Source of the DNA: a virus
Taxonomy: Duplodnaviria > Caudoviricetes
DNA: 37,088 bases
Direction: 5' to 3' (one strand)
Virus record (IMG/VR): IMGVR_UViG_3300020045_008681
Span: 1 to 37,088 of that record
Shown here: piece by piece, positions 14,707 through 24,335 of the stretch
How positions within the stretch are numbered: position 1 is the first letter of the stretch
How the letters are laid out: every line of letters begins with the position of its first letter
The notes under the pieces: model-generated
The model's input: the letters and a program-made list of their open reading frames with translations, nothing else
What the model was told of the DNA's origin: nothing
The model's database searches: none
Program-made: the position numbers and the translations under genes

Positions 14707-16503
14707 ATGTCTGTTTTATCAGCAGGGTTCGACACTCTAGGAAATCCAACTAATAAGGTGCGTGGTGCCGACTCAGAGGAAACTTATGAGGGTGCTATTG
14801 ATGCAGTTCCAGAGCTAACCTTAGAGATGGATGACGAAGAGTTAGTATCCCTAAAAAAACAATGGCTCGCATCGTGGGACTCTGGTAGTAAAGATTTGAG
14901 CGAGAAACAAAAGAAGAACGAGAAGTATTGGGCTGGTAAGTTTGGATCGGATACCGACGAGAAGGCCCGTCCGATGCCTGACAACCTCATCTTTGAGGCT
15001 GTTGAGACATTTCTACCTCTAGCTACCAAAGAGAACCCAGAGCCGGTAGTGGATGCCAACGGTACGCCAGAAGGTACGGAATTAGCTGAGAATATCCGCC
15101 GACAGTTGATCTATCTTGCTGACACTCTACGGCTCAAGTTAGCCCTAAAGCAGGTGGTCCGGAATTGGTCGTTGTATTTCCTCGGTGCGCTCAAGATCGG
15201 CTGGAGTGAGGTATCAAAAGAGATTGTCATTAAAGTTATCCGCCCTCAGAAGTTGATTCTCGACTGCGAATCTACCATTGACTCGGCCGAGTATACCGGA
15301 CGGTTTATCGGTGAATACTGCACGACCACGGCTGACAAACTTGTCTTACGTTTCCCTAAAAAGGCTCAATTTATTAAGGACGAAGTGAAAGATAAGATGG
15401 GATCGGATGTCACCTATATCGAATGGTGGACGAATGAATATGTTTTTTGGACGCTGAAAGATGAGGTTTTGGATAAGCGTAAAAATATCCACTGGAATTA
15501 CGAAACGGAAACCGTGGTGATGGATGAGTTTGGAAACGAAACCCCACAAACCTACCCAGCCAAGAATCATTTTGCCGAGCCAAAGATGCCCTATGTCTTT
15601 CTATCGGTGTTCAACCTCGGACTACACCCATTCGATGACACAAACCTGATCCATCAGAACATCGGGCTACAAGACTTGATCCACAAACGGCTACAACAAA
15701 TTGATATTAACGCTGACAACACCAACGGCGGATCTGTAGTTTCAGGGGATTACTTCTCTAAAGAACAAGCGGCCAGCGTCGGGGATGCGTTGCGGAAAGG
15801 TAAAACAGTTTGGGTGCCTAAAGGAAATGTGAACGGAGCGTATCGTCGGGACACCGGCACCCCACTACCTCAATTCGTCTACGAATCGTTGATGGATTAT
15901 CGGTCAGAGCTGCGCAATATCTTTGGTACCCGTGGCTCAACGGCCCAAGGGATCGCCGGAGAGCGTACGGCACGAGGAAAGATACTAGCTCACCAATCAG
16001 ATTCGGATCGTATCGGTGGAGGGTTTATTGACTACCTCGAACAGTTCAGCGACAAAACTTTCAACTGGTTTGTTCAGATGATGTATGTCTACTACGACGA
16101 ACCGCACGCCGGATCAATCATCGGCCAACAACGAGCGCGAGAATACTACACAATTCAAAATTCTAACTTTGATACAAAGTTAGTGGTGTCGGTAAAAGAT
16201 GGATCGTTAGTACCAAAAGATAGTTTAACTAAGCGCAATGAGGCGATTGATTTGTGGGGTGCTGGAGCCTTGGATCCGATATCACTTTTCACTGCCTTGG
16301 ATTTCCCCAACCCGGTAGAAAGCGCGAAATTACTTTTCCAGTGGAAGTCTAACCCGATGAGCCTATTCCCAGACCTAGCCCCACCAATACCACCTCCAGG
16401 GATGCCGGGCGCACCACCTGGGATGCCTGGTATGGAAGGGCCACCAGGGCCGCCACCACAAGGCCCACCACCAATGCTAAGTAATGTCCCAATGCCTGTA
16501 TGA
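14707..16503 (+). CDS. Portal protein (podovirus/P22-like)
   Basis: 598 aa after TerL; YW.G, DNLIFEAVET, GERTARG-type motifs; Pro/Gly/Met-rich C-tail. Confidence 0.85.
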   Translation: MSVLSAGFDTLGNPTNKVRGADSEETYEGAIDAVPELTLEMDDEELVSLKKQWLASWDSGSKDLSEKQKKNEKYWAGKFGSDTDEKARPMPDNLIFEAVETFLPLATKENPEPVVDANGTPEGTELAENIRRQLIYLADTLRLKLALKQVVRNWSLYFLGALKIGWSEVSKEIVIKVIRPQKLILDCESTIDSAEYTGRFIGEYCTTTADKLVLRFPKKAQFIKDEVKDKMGSDVTYIEWWTNEYVFWTLKDEVLDKRKNIHWNYETETVVMDEFGNETPQTYPAKNHFAEPKMPYVFLSVFNLGLHPFDDTNLIHQNIGLQDLIHKRLQQIDINADNTNGGSVVSGDYFSKEQAASVGDALRKGKTVWVPKGNVNGAYRRDTGTPLPQFVYESLMDYRSELRNIFGTRGSTAQGIAGERTARGKILAHQSDSDRIGGGFIDYLEQFSDKTFNWFVQMMYVYYDEPHAGSIIGQQRAREYYTIQNSNFDTKLVVSVKDGSLVPKDSLTKRNEAIDLWGAGALDPISLFTALDFPNPVESAKLLFQWKSNPMSLFPDLAPPIPPPGMPGAPPGMPGMEGPPGPPPQGPPPMLSNVPMPV

Positions 16504-16538
16504 CAATTTCAATAAATAGCGGAGAGGAGAGAGAGGAA

Positions 16539-16646
16539 ATGTCCCACAAGAAAGGCAAGATGCCACCTCAATTTATGAAAGGAGCGGAGAAACGGAAAGG
16601 CCAGATGGATGCCATGAAGAAGTCGATTAAGAAGAACTGCAAATAA
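16539..16646 (+). CDS. 35-aa Lys-rich peptide
   Basis: Read manually: MSHKKGKMPPQFMKGAEKRKGQMDAMKKSIKKNCK. Confidence 0.5.
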   Translation: MSHKKGKMPPQFMKGAEKRKGQMDAMKKSIKKNCK

Positions 16647-16690
16647 TAATCTAACGGGCTTCTCGGTTCACCATTACGAACCTGCGCAAT

Positions 16691-17509
16691 ATGTCAGATG
16701 AAATTGAAAAGCCAGCAGATGGAGTGGCGGACTTCCCTACTGAAGGGTCAGATCCTTTCGGAGAGGTGAAATCAGAAGAATCGGTGAAGGAAACACCGTC
16801 GGAGTCGCCAGCCGAAACCAAACCAACGGAGCCAGCGGCATCGCCTCAGGCCGCTAATACTGAGGATGAAAGCAAACTCCCGTTCCATAAGCATCCTCGC
16901 TGGAAGTCGATTGTGGATTCCAACAAAGAAATGAAGCGTGAGCGTGAACAGATGAAGCAGGAGTTGGAAGCCATGAGGGCTTTTAGAGAGGAGGCTCAAC
17001 GGTCGCAAGCTCAAGTCAAAACTGCGACATCACCTGCGCCAGCTTGGTTCTCTCGGATATTCGGAGACGATCAAACGGCCTGGAGTGAGTATCAAGGCTA
17101 TGACAGCGAGCGACGTGACCAAATAAAGCAGGAAATCCGACAAGAGTTTGAACAAAAGCAAGTTGAATCGGCGGCCCAACAGGAACGCTATCAACGGTTA
17201 AACGATGATGCATTTACTGAAATGGAGGATGAAGGACTTACTTTCGATCGTAACCGGCTGATGAATTTCATCCTGGAATACAACGAGAAGTACCACAATG
17301 TCCCCCAGAACACCGATGGCTCAATAAACTTTCGCTCGGCTCTCGAGTTGATGAACCAACTCAAAGGAAATCCTGTTGATGAAAAGTCACAAGAACGGAA
17401 GAAACTCGCCGCCGCCACAACTGCATCACCTCGTGGGGCTACGCCTGAACGTAATCGGGAAATGTCCTTACAGGAAGTGCATAAAATGGACTGGAGCGAG
17501 CTAAGATAA
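16691..17509 (+). CDS. Capsid scaffolding protein (putative)
   Basis: Acidic disordered N-terminus, PFHKHPRW motif, coiled coils; lies between portal and capsid. Confidence 0.75.
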   Translation: MSDEIEKPADGVADFPTEGSDPFGEVKSEESVKETPSESPAETKPTEPAASPQAANTEDESKLPFHKHPRWKSIVDSNKEMKREREQMKQELEAMRAFREEAQRSQAQVKTATSPAPAWFSRIFGDDQTAWSEYQGYDSERRDQIKQEIRQEFEQKQVESAAQQERYQRLNDDAFTEMEDEGLTFDRNRLMNFILEYNEKYHNVPQNTDGSINFRSALELMNQLKGNPVDEKSQERKKLAAATTASPRGATPERNREMSLQEVHKMDWSELR

Positions 17510-17521
17510 TTTGCTTATTAT

Positions 17522-18565
17522 ATGTCCTCATTTAGCTCTAACAATCGAATCTCGTCAGTGACGCGGTTCAAGCTTTTGCCTAAAGTGGTTGACACCATTT
17601 TAAACAGCAACGTGCTTGCACAGCGCATCATTAAAAAGTCTAAGAAGTGGAGCGGTAACCAGATCAAGGTTCCTGTGAAAGTGTCTAAGAACACCACTGG
17701 TTCCTCGTTTGCTGGCTTCGATACCTTCTCGACTGCTGCTACTGACAACCGCCAGATCATGGCGTTTGATCCTAAGTTCTACCAAATGACCTGCGCTCTC
17801 CCATTGGATGAGTTGTGGGTGAACCAGTCGAGTGATCGGACGGAGGCAACCTTGGATCTCGCCGCTCTCGAATTGCAGTCAACCGCTCAGGACATGGCCG
17901 ATGATATCGGTACGTTGTTCTACTCGGATGGTACTGGTAACGGTTCCAAGGATTTCTTGGGTCTTGGTGCAATCGTTGACGACGGTACGACCGCCGCTAC
18001 TTATGGTGGTTTGACCCGCGCCACGTTTACCACACTTAACGCCACCTCAACTGCCTCATCCGGTACGTTGACCTTGGCTAAGATGGCAACCCTCTACAAC
18101 GCAATTACTTCGGGCAACGTGCGGCCTACTGTGGGTATCTGCTCGGAGACTGTGTTCTCACTCTTTGAATCGTTGTTGAATCCTCAGGAGCGGTACATGA
18201 AGGATTCCAGCGCTGTGAAGGAAGGTTTGGTCGGTGGCACTGGTTACCTCAACTTGTACTTCAAGGGCTTCCCTATTCTTATGGATGAGAAGTCGACCTC
18301 GGGCGTGTTGTTCTTCTTGAACGAAGACTTCTTGGACTTCTACGCTGTGGAAGCTAAGGAGGGCGCAACGCCAATTAAGGTCGCTGATGCTCCAATTGAA
18401 GGCAACGACTACTCAAATGTCGGGAAGTCGATGGGCTTTAGCTGGAGTGACTGGGTTAAGCCAACCAACTCGGCTTCGGTTGTTGGTCACATCTACATGG
18501 GTGGTGAATTCATTGGCTCTGACCCTAAGCGGAACGGAAAGCTTACGGGGATTACGTCAGTCTAG
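17522..18565 (+). CDS. Major capsid protein
   Basis: 347 aa; position; IKVPV, LFYSDGTG..KDFLGL..IVD, TYGGLTR, FKGFPILMDE, G.L.GI features of HK97-fold capsid proteins. Confidence 0.88.
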   Translation: MSSFSSNNRISSVTRFKLLPKVVDTILNSNVLAQRIIKKSKKWSGNQIKVPVKVSKNTTGSSFAGFDTFSTAATDNRQIMAFDPKFYQMTCALPLDELWVNQSSDRTEATLDLAALELQSTAQDMADDIGTLFYSDGTGNGSKDFLGLGAIVDDGTTAATYGGLTRATFTTLNATSTASSGTLTLAKMATLYNAITSGNVRPTVGICSETVFSLFESLLNPQERYMKDSSAVKEGLVGGTGYLNLYFKGFPILMDEKSTSGVLFFLNEDFLDFYAVEAKEGATPIKVADAPIEGNDYSNVGKSMGFSWSDWVKPTNSASVVGHIYMGGEFIGSDPKRNGKLTGITSV

Positions 18566-18604
18566 TCAGTCACCCTTGACTATTGCTTAACTTCAAGCCA
18601 AAAT

Positions 18605-19309
18605 ATGTGGCATATGATGCCACCATTCAAACTTGATGAAGAGCAATTAGTTAGGGAGTACAATGAAGGCAAATCAACAATGTTCCTTGCCAAACAATTC
18701 GGATGTTCAGCCGCAGCTATCTCGCGTCGCCTAAAGAAGCTCGGTATCAAAGCGCGCCCTTTCTCTACTCAGGGATTGCAAGTACGTTTGGGTGCCATTC
18801 TTTCTGAAGAATCGAAAGATAAGATACGGCAAAAACATATTGGTATGAAATATACCGATGCTGTGAATGCTAAGAAGGGGCTGAAAGGCAGTCTTAATCC
18901 TTTCTTTGGCAAACAACATTCCGAAGAATCGAAGAATATTCAACGGGAAAAGATGGTTGGTAGAAAATTAACTCCAGAGCATCGCTTGAAAGTTATTAAA
19001 GGCCTTGCGAAAGCTTGGTTAAATCAACCAAAAGGGGAACTCGCGTCAGCTTGGAAAGGTGGGATCACTCCGATCAATGCCAAAATTCGCAGCTCTAAAG
19101 AGATGGATTTGTGGAAACTGGCAGTTAAAGAAAGGGATGATTACACCTGTGTGCTGTGTGGGTTCAAAAGTCTCTCTAACCATGCAGATCACATCAAGAG
19201 ATTCTCAGAGTTTCCTGAACTTCGTTTCGCAATTGATAACGGCAGAACATTGTGCCAACACTGTCACAGAAAGACTGATACATACGGCAATCGTAAAAAG
19301 AAAAGCTAA
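18605..19309 (+). CDS. Free-standing HNH endonuclease with HTH and NUMOD3-like repeats
   Basis: LAKQFGCSAAAISRRLKKLGI HTH; NPFFGKQHSEESK; RDDYTCVLCG...HADHIK...NGRTLCQHCH. Confidence 0.88.
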   Translation: MWHMMPPFKLDEEQLVREYNEGKSTMFLAKQFGCSAAAISRRLKKLGIKARPFSTQGLQVRLGAILSEESKDKIRQKHIGMKYTDAVNAKKGLKGSLNPFFGKQHSEESKNIQREKMVGRKLTPEHRLKVIKGLAKAWLNQPKGELASAWKGGITPINAKIRSSKEMDLWKLAVKERDDYTCVLCGFKSLSNHADHIKRFSEFPELRFAIDNGRTLCQHCHRKTDTYGNRKKKS

Positions 19310-19333
19310 TTCACCCATAAGCACACTAGCTTT

Positions 19334-20062
19334 ATGGCTCTACAAGAAGCCGAATACAACCCAGTACTTAAATACGGTGGATCCAGCGCTAACACTGTAG
19401 CCCAGACAATCACCTCGACTGACTCTCAGGCATTTACTGCCGGTCGTCAGGGTGCCACTGATCCTGTGGTACAGATTGATGCCTCAACTGCTTCGGTGGC
19501 TACAGGTGTTAAGTTTACAGGTGCCGCCGCTGGCTCAGGAATGGCAATCGCTGCTATTTCGTCCGGAACGAATGAAGATATTTCGATTGATGGTAAGGGA
19601 ACAGGGAAGGTCAACATAGCGATGCTCTCGACCTCTACGGGTATGCGCTACAAGCACAGTGTTCTTGCTTCCTCTGGTAACACCACCATGACTTCCGCGA
19701 TGAGTGGTTCAGTCATGTTGCTCGATGGAGCTGGCACTGACTTCACCCTTCCAGCGATCGGTGCTGGTGATGTTGGAATGACCTTCCTCTTTGTCTCGAC
19801 GATTATTTCGACCTCTCAGACGATCACAGCGGGAGCCGCTGACCTTTTGACTGGTAGTATTGCGATCATCGACATCGGGGCCGCTGGTAGTGATACCTTC
19901 TCGCCTGATGTTACCGACGACCTCATTATCTCCCTCAATGGTACGACCACGGGAGGTGTTGCTGTGGGCTCATGGGTGCAATGCACCGCGATCAGCGCGA
20001 CTCGATGGTTTGTCAACGGTGTCTTTAATGGCTCCGGTACGCTCGCTACTCCGTTCTCCTAA
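19334..20062 (+). CDS. Capsid-associated structural/decoration protein (putative)
   Basis: Thr/Ser/Gly/Ala-rich beta protein directly downstream of the capsid gene. Confidence 0.55.
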   Translation: MALQEAEYNPVLKYGGSSANTVAQTITSTDSQAFTAGRQGATDPVVQIDASTASVATGVKFTGAAAGSGMAIAAISSGTNEDISIDGKGTGKVNIAMLSTSTGMRYKHSVLASSGNTTMTSAMSGSVMLLDGAGTDFTLPAIGAGDVGMTFLFVSTIISTSQTITAGAADLLTGSIAIIDIGAAGSDTFSPDVTDDLIISLNGTTTGGVAVGSWVQCTAISATRWFVNGVFNGSGTLATPFS

Positions 20063-20074
20063 CCCTATTTATCT

Positions 20075-20809
20075 ATGGCTTCACAACTCTGCGGCCCTAA
20101 TCTAGTTGCTGGTCAAGGTATTTTCACCTCCAGCGCAACCCAACAGCACCCCATTGGTATCTACATGGAGACCAATGACGGTCGTGGCTACCGCTACTGC
20201 AAAAATGGTTCAGTCGCTGGCGTCGCTGGAAAGATCTTCCAAGCTATCCCAGAAGACACTTCCAACATGGAAGAGGTCACAATCACCAACGCTGCGTTGG
20301 GCGACACCACCATTGCCTCATCGGACTCGGTTACTCTCGCTCTTAACCTCTTGGCCCAAGGCTACCTTCTTGTTTCTGAAGGTACGCTTGGCGTTGGTCA
20401 GATGTACAAGTTGAAGGGCAACACTGCTGCTTCTGCTGCTGCTGTGACCTACAACCTTGAAGATGGTGAGCCTGTGCGCGTTGCTACAACTGGTACTTGC
20501 AAGGTTGATACTAAGGTCAACCCTTACATGACCATTGTTGTCGCTCCTACCACTCAGACTTCAGCCGTGGTTGGTGCTATGCAGCATCCAATCGCTGCTA
20601 GTGAATTCGGTTGGATTCAGACCTACGGTATCTGCGGCATCTTGGCCCAAGGTACGGTTGTGGTTGGTGATGGCTTGGTTCCTGCTAACACGACCACCAC
20701 TGGTACTGTCGTGAGCCGCGCCGATGCTTCACTGGAAGCTTCGATTGGTTACGCTCTCCATGGTGCAGCTTCGACTGATTTCGCTCTCTGTTTCTTGACC
20801 ATTCGGTAA
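20075..20809 (+). CDS. Capsid cement/decoration protein (putative)
   Basis: DGRGYRYC...FGWIQTYG motifs typical of head-decoration proteins; position. Confidence 0.6.
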   Translation: MASQLCGPNLVAGQGIFTSSATQQHPIGIYMETNDGRGYRYCKNGSVAGVAGKIFQAIPEDTSNMEEVTITNAALGDTTIASSDSVTLALNLLAQGYLLVSEGTLGVGQMYKLKGNTAASAAAVTYNLEDGEPVRVATTGTCKVDTKVNPYMTIVVAPTTQTSAVVGAMQHPIAASEFGWIQTYGICGILAQGTVVVGDGLVPANTTTTGTVVSRADASLEASIGYALHGAASTDFALCFLTIR

Positions 20810-20891
20810 GAAAAAACAGTTTGGCCGTTCTGCTAAAAACGGCCACCCTCTGATGCTAACCCGTGGAATCATCACCCACTAAACCAATTTT

Positions 20892-21341
20892 ATGCAGGCT
20901 ATCCAGTTTACAAACTTCAGCAACGAAACCTTCACCCACGCTTGGGATAAGCAGGAGTACACCTTCCAACCAGGTCAAACGATTTACTTGCAGGATTATC
21001 TTGCTAAGCATTTCGCTAAGCACTTGATTGATCGTGAGTTGAATAAGATCGACAAGCGCACCAACGATCAATTGTCACGTCAAGCCATGATGTCCAAGTG
21101 TTTTGGTAACGCCAGCGATGCGATGTCTGCACTCAAGGCTGAGACCGAAGCTATCAACCTCAACCAGGAGGAGCCTAAGATCGAGGAGAAGGTGGCTGAA
21201 CCTGTCGAAGTTAAGGATGAGAAGTTTTGTGACTCGTGCGACTCCAAGGGTGTGCGCCACCTTAAGGCTTGCCCTAAATCACGGGAGAGCTTGGCGGATG
21301 CTGAAGTTAAAGAAGAATCGTTTGAGGGTTTGCAAGCCTAG
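20892..21341 (+). CDS. Hypothetical protein with C-terminal C2HC Zn-finger
   Basis: FCDSCDSKGVRHLKACP. Confidence 0.7.
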   Translation: MQAIQFTNFSNETFTHAWDKQEYTFQPGQTIYLQDYLAKHFAKHLIDRELNKIDKRTNDQLSRQAMMSKCFGNASDAMSALKAETEAINLNQEEPKIEEKVAEPVEVKDEKFCDSCDSKGVRHLKACPKSRESLADAEVKEESFEGLQA

Positions 21342-21343
21342 TT

Positions 21344-22060
21344 ATGAAGCTGCTTGATCCTCGGGAAGTTAAGGATCTACAGCGGATAGCCGATAACGAA
21401 TCTCGCAAGAGAACCGTGGCTATCTCTACCATCCTAGCTACCGAAGAAAAGCGGCTAAATGACTTGCGAACAAACAAGACTGCCGAAATAACCCGGATGC
21501 AGCTTGAATTAGACTCTTCTCGAATAGCGATCATGGATGAAAAACGGGCTTTGCTTAACGAAGTGGAAGCCCTGGAGAAGCGCAAGCGTGCAGCGGAGAA
21601 ATCTTTAGAACCCATCCGCCAGGCGTTAGACAACGAAGCCAAAGAGTTGCATGAACGGGAAATGCAACTAAATAAACACCAAGCTTATCTTGAAAAACTA
21701 CAGGATGAAGTTGAGCTAAAAGCCGATCAACTAGCCTGTGACCAAGATGATTTAGAGAAATTAGTGCAACGCTCAACCGCTCGCATCGCTCAAGAAGAAA
21801 ATAGAATTGCCAAGCTTAAAGCCTTACAAATTGAAGCCGCTCAGTCGGCTAAGAAAATAAACCAGGAAGCCGAAGAAACTTTAGCGGCGGCAACTTGGCA
21901 GGCTATGAAAGTACGACAAGATGCTGACGTTTTATCCGCAAAAGAAACCTGGTTGAAAAATCAGCAATCCATACTACAAACAGAACAAGCCCACCTAGCC
22001 AGTCAGCAACAAAGTTTGAAGACGGCATTTAGTGAGGCTCGCAAGAAGAATTTACTTTGA
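21344..22060 (+). CDS. Long coiled-coil protein
   Basis: 238 aa, E/K/Q/L/A-rich with heptad character. Confidence 0.7.
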   Translation: MKLLDPREVKDLQRIADNESRKRTVAISTILATEEKRLNDLRTNKTAEITRMQLELDSSRIAIMDEKRALLNEVEALEKRKRAAEKSLEPIRQALDNEAKELHEREMQLNKHQAYLEKLQDEVELKADQLACDQDDLEKLVQRSTARIAQEENRIAKLKALQIEAAQSAKKINQEAEETLAAATWQAMKVRQDADVLSAKETWLKNQQSILQTEQAHLASQQQSLKTAFSEARKKNLL

Positions 22061-22061
22061 T

Positions 22062-22340
22062 ATGTCTAACTCCGCGATAGACAACAATCGAGAAGCTACC
22101 GCTCTTGCAGTTGATACCAATGGTGCAACCGAACCATTGCGGGTTGATGTTGCAACCTCACGGTTATTAATAAATATCGACAGCGCGACTACTACCTCTC
22201 CTGCAACTCTATCCGCCAAGATTGATGAAAATAGAATCGGGACATCATATGGCGTAACTGATAACACTGATCTGACTGTGACGACGTTGATTATAGATAA
22301 TCGTAGCGGGTTTTTATTCGTCGATCTTTTGCTTGAATAA
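22062..22340 (+). CDS. Structural adaptor made of two copies of module A
   Basis: Internal repeat SAIDNNR...LRVD..TSRL / SAKIDENR...GVTD...LIID; ATG 22062. Confidence 0.6.
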   Translation: MSNSAIDNNREATALAVDTNGATEPLRVDVATSRLLINIDSATTTSPATLSAKIDENRIGTSYGVTDNTDLTVTTLIIDNRSGFLFVDLLLE

Positions 22341-22342
22341 TT

Positions 22343-22816
22343 ATGGCCAATGCTAAGAGGGATGCCAATCGTAAAGTTACATTGATGGGTGTGACCGATG
22401 ACTCGAACCTCACACCTACAAATCTTATTGTTGACCCGACTTCAAAACGGTTGAAGGTGTCGGCGACAATCTCATCTATTACAGCCACAGGTAGAATTTT
22501 AGAAGCGCAAGGGGCCGATGTTGCCTCTGCCAATAATCTATCTTTGGGTACTGATGGCAATTCTTTTGAGATTACTGGTACAACACCGATAAATTTAATA
22601 TCGAATGTTAGTTGGCAAAACGGCTCTGTAGTTACTCTATTATTTACATCCACTCCAACAGTTAAGCATGCTCAAACTACTAGTGGCACAAATATAAAAA
22701 TTCTATTAGCAGGAGCGCTTGATTTTGCAGCGACGGCCAATGATTCACTCACTTTAAGATTGGGTGAGGTTGGTGGTACACAAGCATGGTACGAAATTTG
22801 TCGTACCACTATTTAA
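22343..22816 (+). CDS. Structural protein: module A + domain B
   Basis: N-terminus NAKRDANR...GVTDD...LIVDPTSKRL; C-terminal domain shared with 24336..25685. Confidence 0.65.
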   Translation: MANAKRDANRKVTLMGVTDDSNLTPTNLIVDPTSKRLKVSATISSITATGRILEAQGADVASANNLSLGTDGNSFEITGTTPINLISNVSWQNGSVVTLLFTSTPTVKHAQTTSGTNIKILLAGALDFAATANDSLTLRLGEVGGTQAWYEICRTTI

Positions 22817-22826
22817 GTATTTTATT

Positions 22827-24020
22827 ATGGCTTCTAATGGCTACGTTCAAATCAATGCCACCTCGGGTAAGGCGTTTGCAGCTCAATGCCCTATTCTGTT
22901 TGATGCAACAGTAGGAGCGACTGGTGCCGATTACACCACTCTAACCGAAGCGATAGCTGATTCTAAAGTCAGTATATTAGTGATTAATAACACAACTGAA
23001 GCAGCCAACACTGCACTTTTAGCGAATACATTAATTTATATCAAATTAGGTGCAACAGTGGTGATGGGAGCGAATAAGTTTACTTCATCTGGAGCAGTGA
23101 CCTTAAAAATAGTTGGTGAGGGAACCTTAACCTACACACATACTTCAACTGATATTGAGTTGTTTGCGGGCGCAGCTGGTTCAGTTTTGATTATTGATGG
23201 TATTTCGGTCACTAACTCGTCAACACAAGCAGGATGTGCGCTATCTTTCTTAAAAGAAAAACTAACTAACATTGTTTTTACACTTCCAAATAATACCGGT
23301 GGTGGGGTGTTTTCTACCATTGGGGATAGTTTTTACTCCAACATTCATTTTATTGGTACAGGAACTTCCACTGAAGATGCTTTTATTACCGATAATAATA
23401 TTAACTGCGTTGTAGAAGATATTATTTTTACTGGCACTTACATTGCTGGAGATAAAACAGGCACAAATAACATTGCAGATTTTGGTGACAACACAACTAT
23501 TAATGGGGTAGTGGTACAAACTGCAAATAATGCCGATGTAGATATTGAGGTTAGTGGGATAGTTTCAAATATCAGCGCAAATGGTGGAGATGTAAATATT
23601 ATTGTTGATGCAAACAACACAATACTTTCCAATCTTGAATTATTAGCTGGAACCATTGATGTAGTTGGGTTTGACCGAATTAAACTTTCAAACATTCAAA
23701 CCACTGGCTTAATTGATTTAACGGACGCCAACTCAAACAATTGTTGTTTGAACAATTGTCGTTGGTCAGAGGCTTCAACTATTGCAGGAGACCGCCATAA
23801 ACTAACTAACTGCGACATTTTAGGCGGTGTCTCAGTTTCCAGTGGTGCGGATGATAATGGTTTTGTTAATTGTCAGATTGGCCCAGATGCTGGAGGTGGT
23901 GCGCTAACACTCACAGTGGTCGCTGGATCTAATCGCACTCGGATAGTTGGTTGTATGTCTGACTCTGCTCTTTCTGATAGTGGTACAGGCACGGTCACTG
24001 CTGGTAACACAGTCTACTAA
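22827..24020 (+). CDS. Beta-helix-like tailspike / receptor-binding protein (putative)
   Basis: ADYTTLTEAIAD motif then N/I/T/G-rich repeats; ATG 22827. Confidence 0.6.
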   Translation: MASNGYVQINATSGKAFAAQCPILFDATVGATGADYTTLTEAIADSKVSILVINNTTEAANTALLANTLIYIKLGATVVMGANKFTSSGAVTLKIVGEGTLTYTHTSTDIELFAGAAGSVLIIDGISVTNSSTQAGCALSFLKEKLTNIVFTLPNNTGGGVFSTIGDSFYSNIHFIGTGTSTEDAFITDNNINCVVEDIIFTGTYIAGDKTGTNNIADFGDNTTINGVVVQTANNADVDIEVSGIVSNISANGGDVNIIVDANNTILSNLELLAGTIDVVGFDRIKLSNIQTTGLIDLTDANSNNCCLNNCRWSEASTIAGDRHKLTNCDILGGVSVSSGADDNGFVNCQIGPDAGGGALTLTVVAGSNRTRIVGCMSDSALSDSGTGTVTAGNTVY

Positions 24021-24027
24021 CTTTTAT

Positions 24028-24333
24028 ATGCAAGTTATTTATCCCACAACTGGCAATGCCAACACCCCATCAATCGCTAGTGCCGCCACAGCAATAGCCG
24101 CTAACACCGCTAGAATTGCTTGGACGATTCAAAATCTTGGCACAAACGCACTTTTTGTGCGCCTTGGATCTGGTGCTTCGACAACTGTGTTTCATTTTGT
24201 GCTTAAGGCTGGAACGGCAAATGATGATGGTTTGGGAGGGATTTGTTCTGATGCTGAGGGGGTGGTTTACACCGGGATTATTACTATCGCTGGTACTAGT
24301 CCGCGCTACACCGTCCTTGAATTAGCCCCGTAA
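24028..24333 (+). CDS. Small structural beta protein
   Basis: ANTARIAWTIQNLGTNALFVRLG motif; ATG 24028. Confidence 0.6.
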   Translation: MQVIYPTTGNANTPSIASAATAIAANTARIAWTIQNLGTNALFVRLGSGASTTVFHFVLKAGTANDDGLGGICSDAEGVVYTGIITIAGTSPRYTVLELAP

Positions 24334-24335
24334 AT

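Noticed and set aside
16369-16503. Pro/Gly/Met-rich portal tail as a collagen-like or GroEL-tail substitute
   Set aside because: Short low-complexity tails are common on portals, and there is no sustained Gly-X-Y register.
18566-19333. Group I intron around the HNH gene
   Set aside because: The capsid gene ends normally, flanks are only ~40 and ~25 nt, and no P/Q/R/S core elements were visible.
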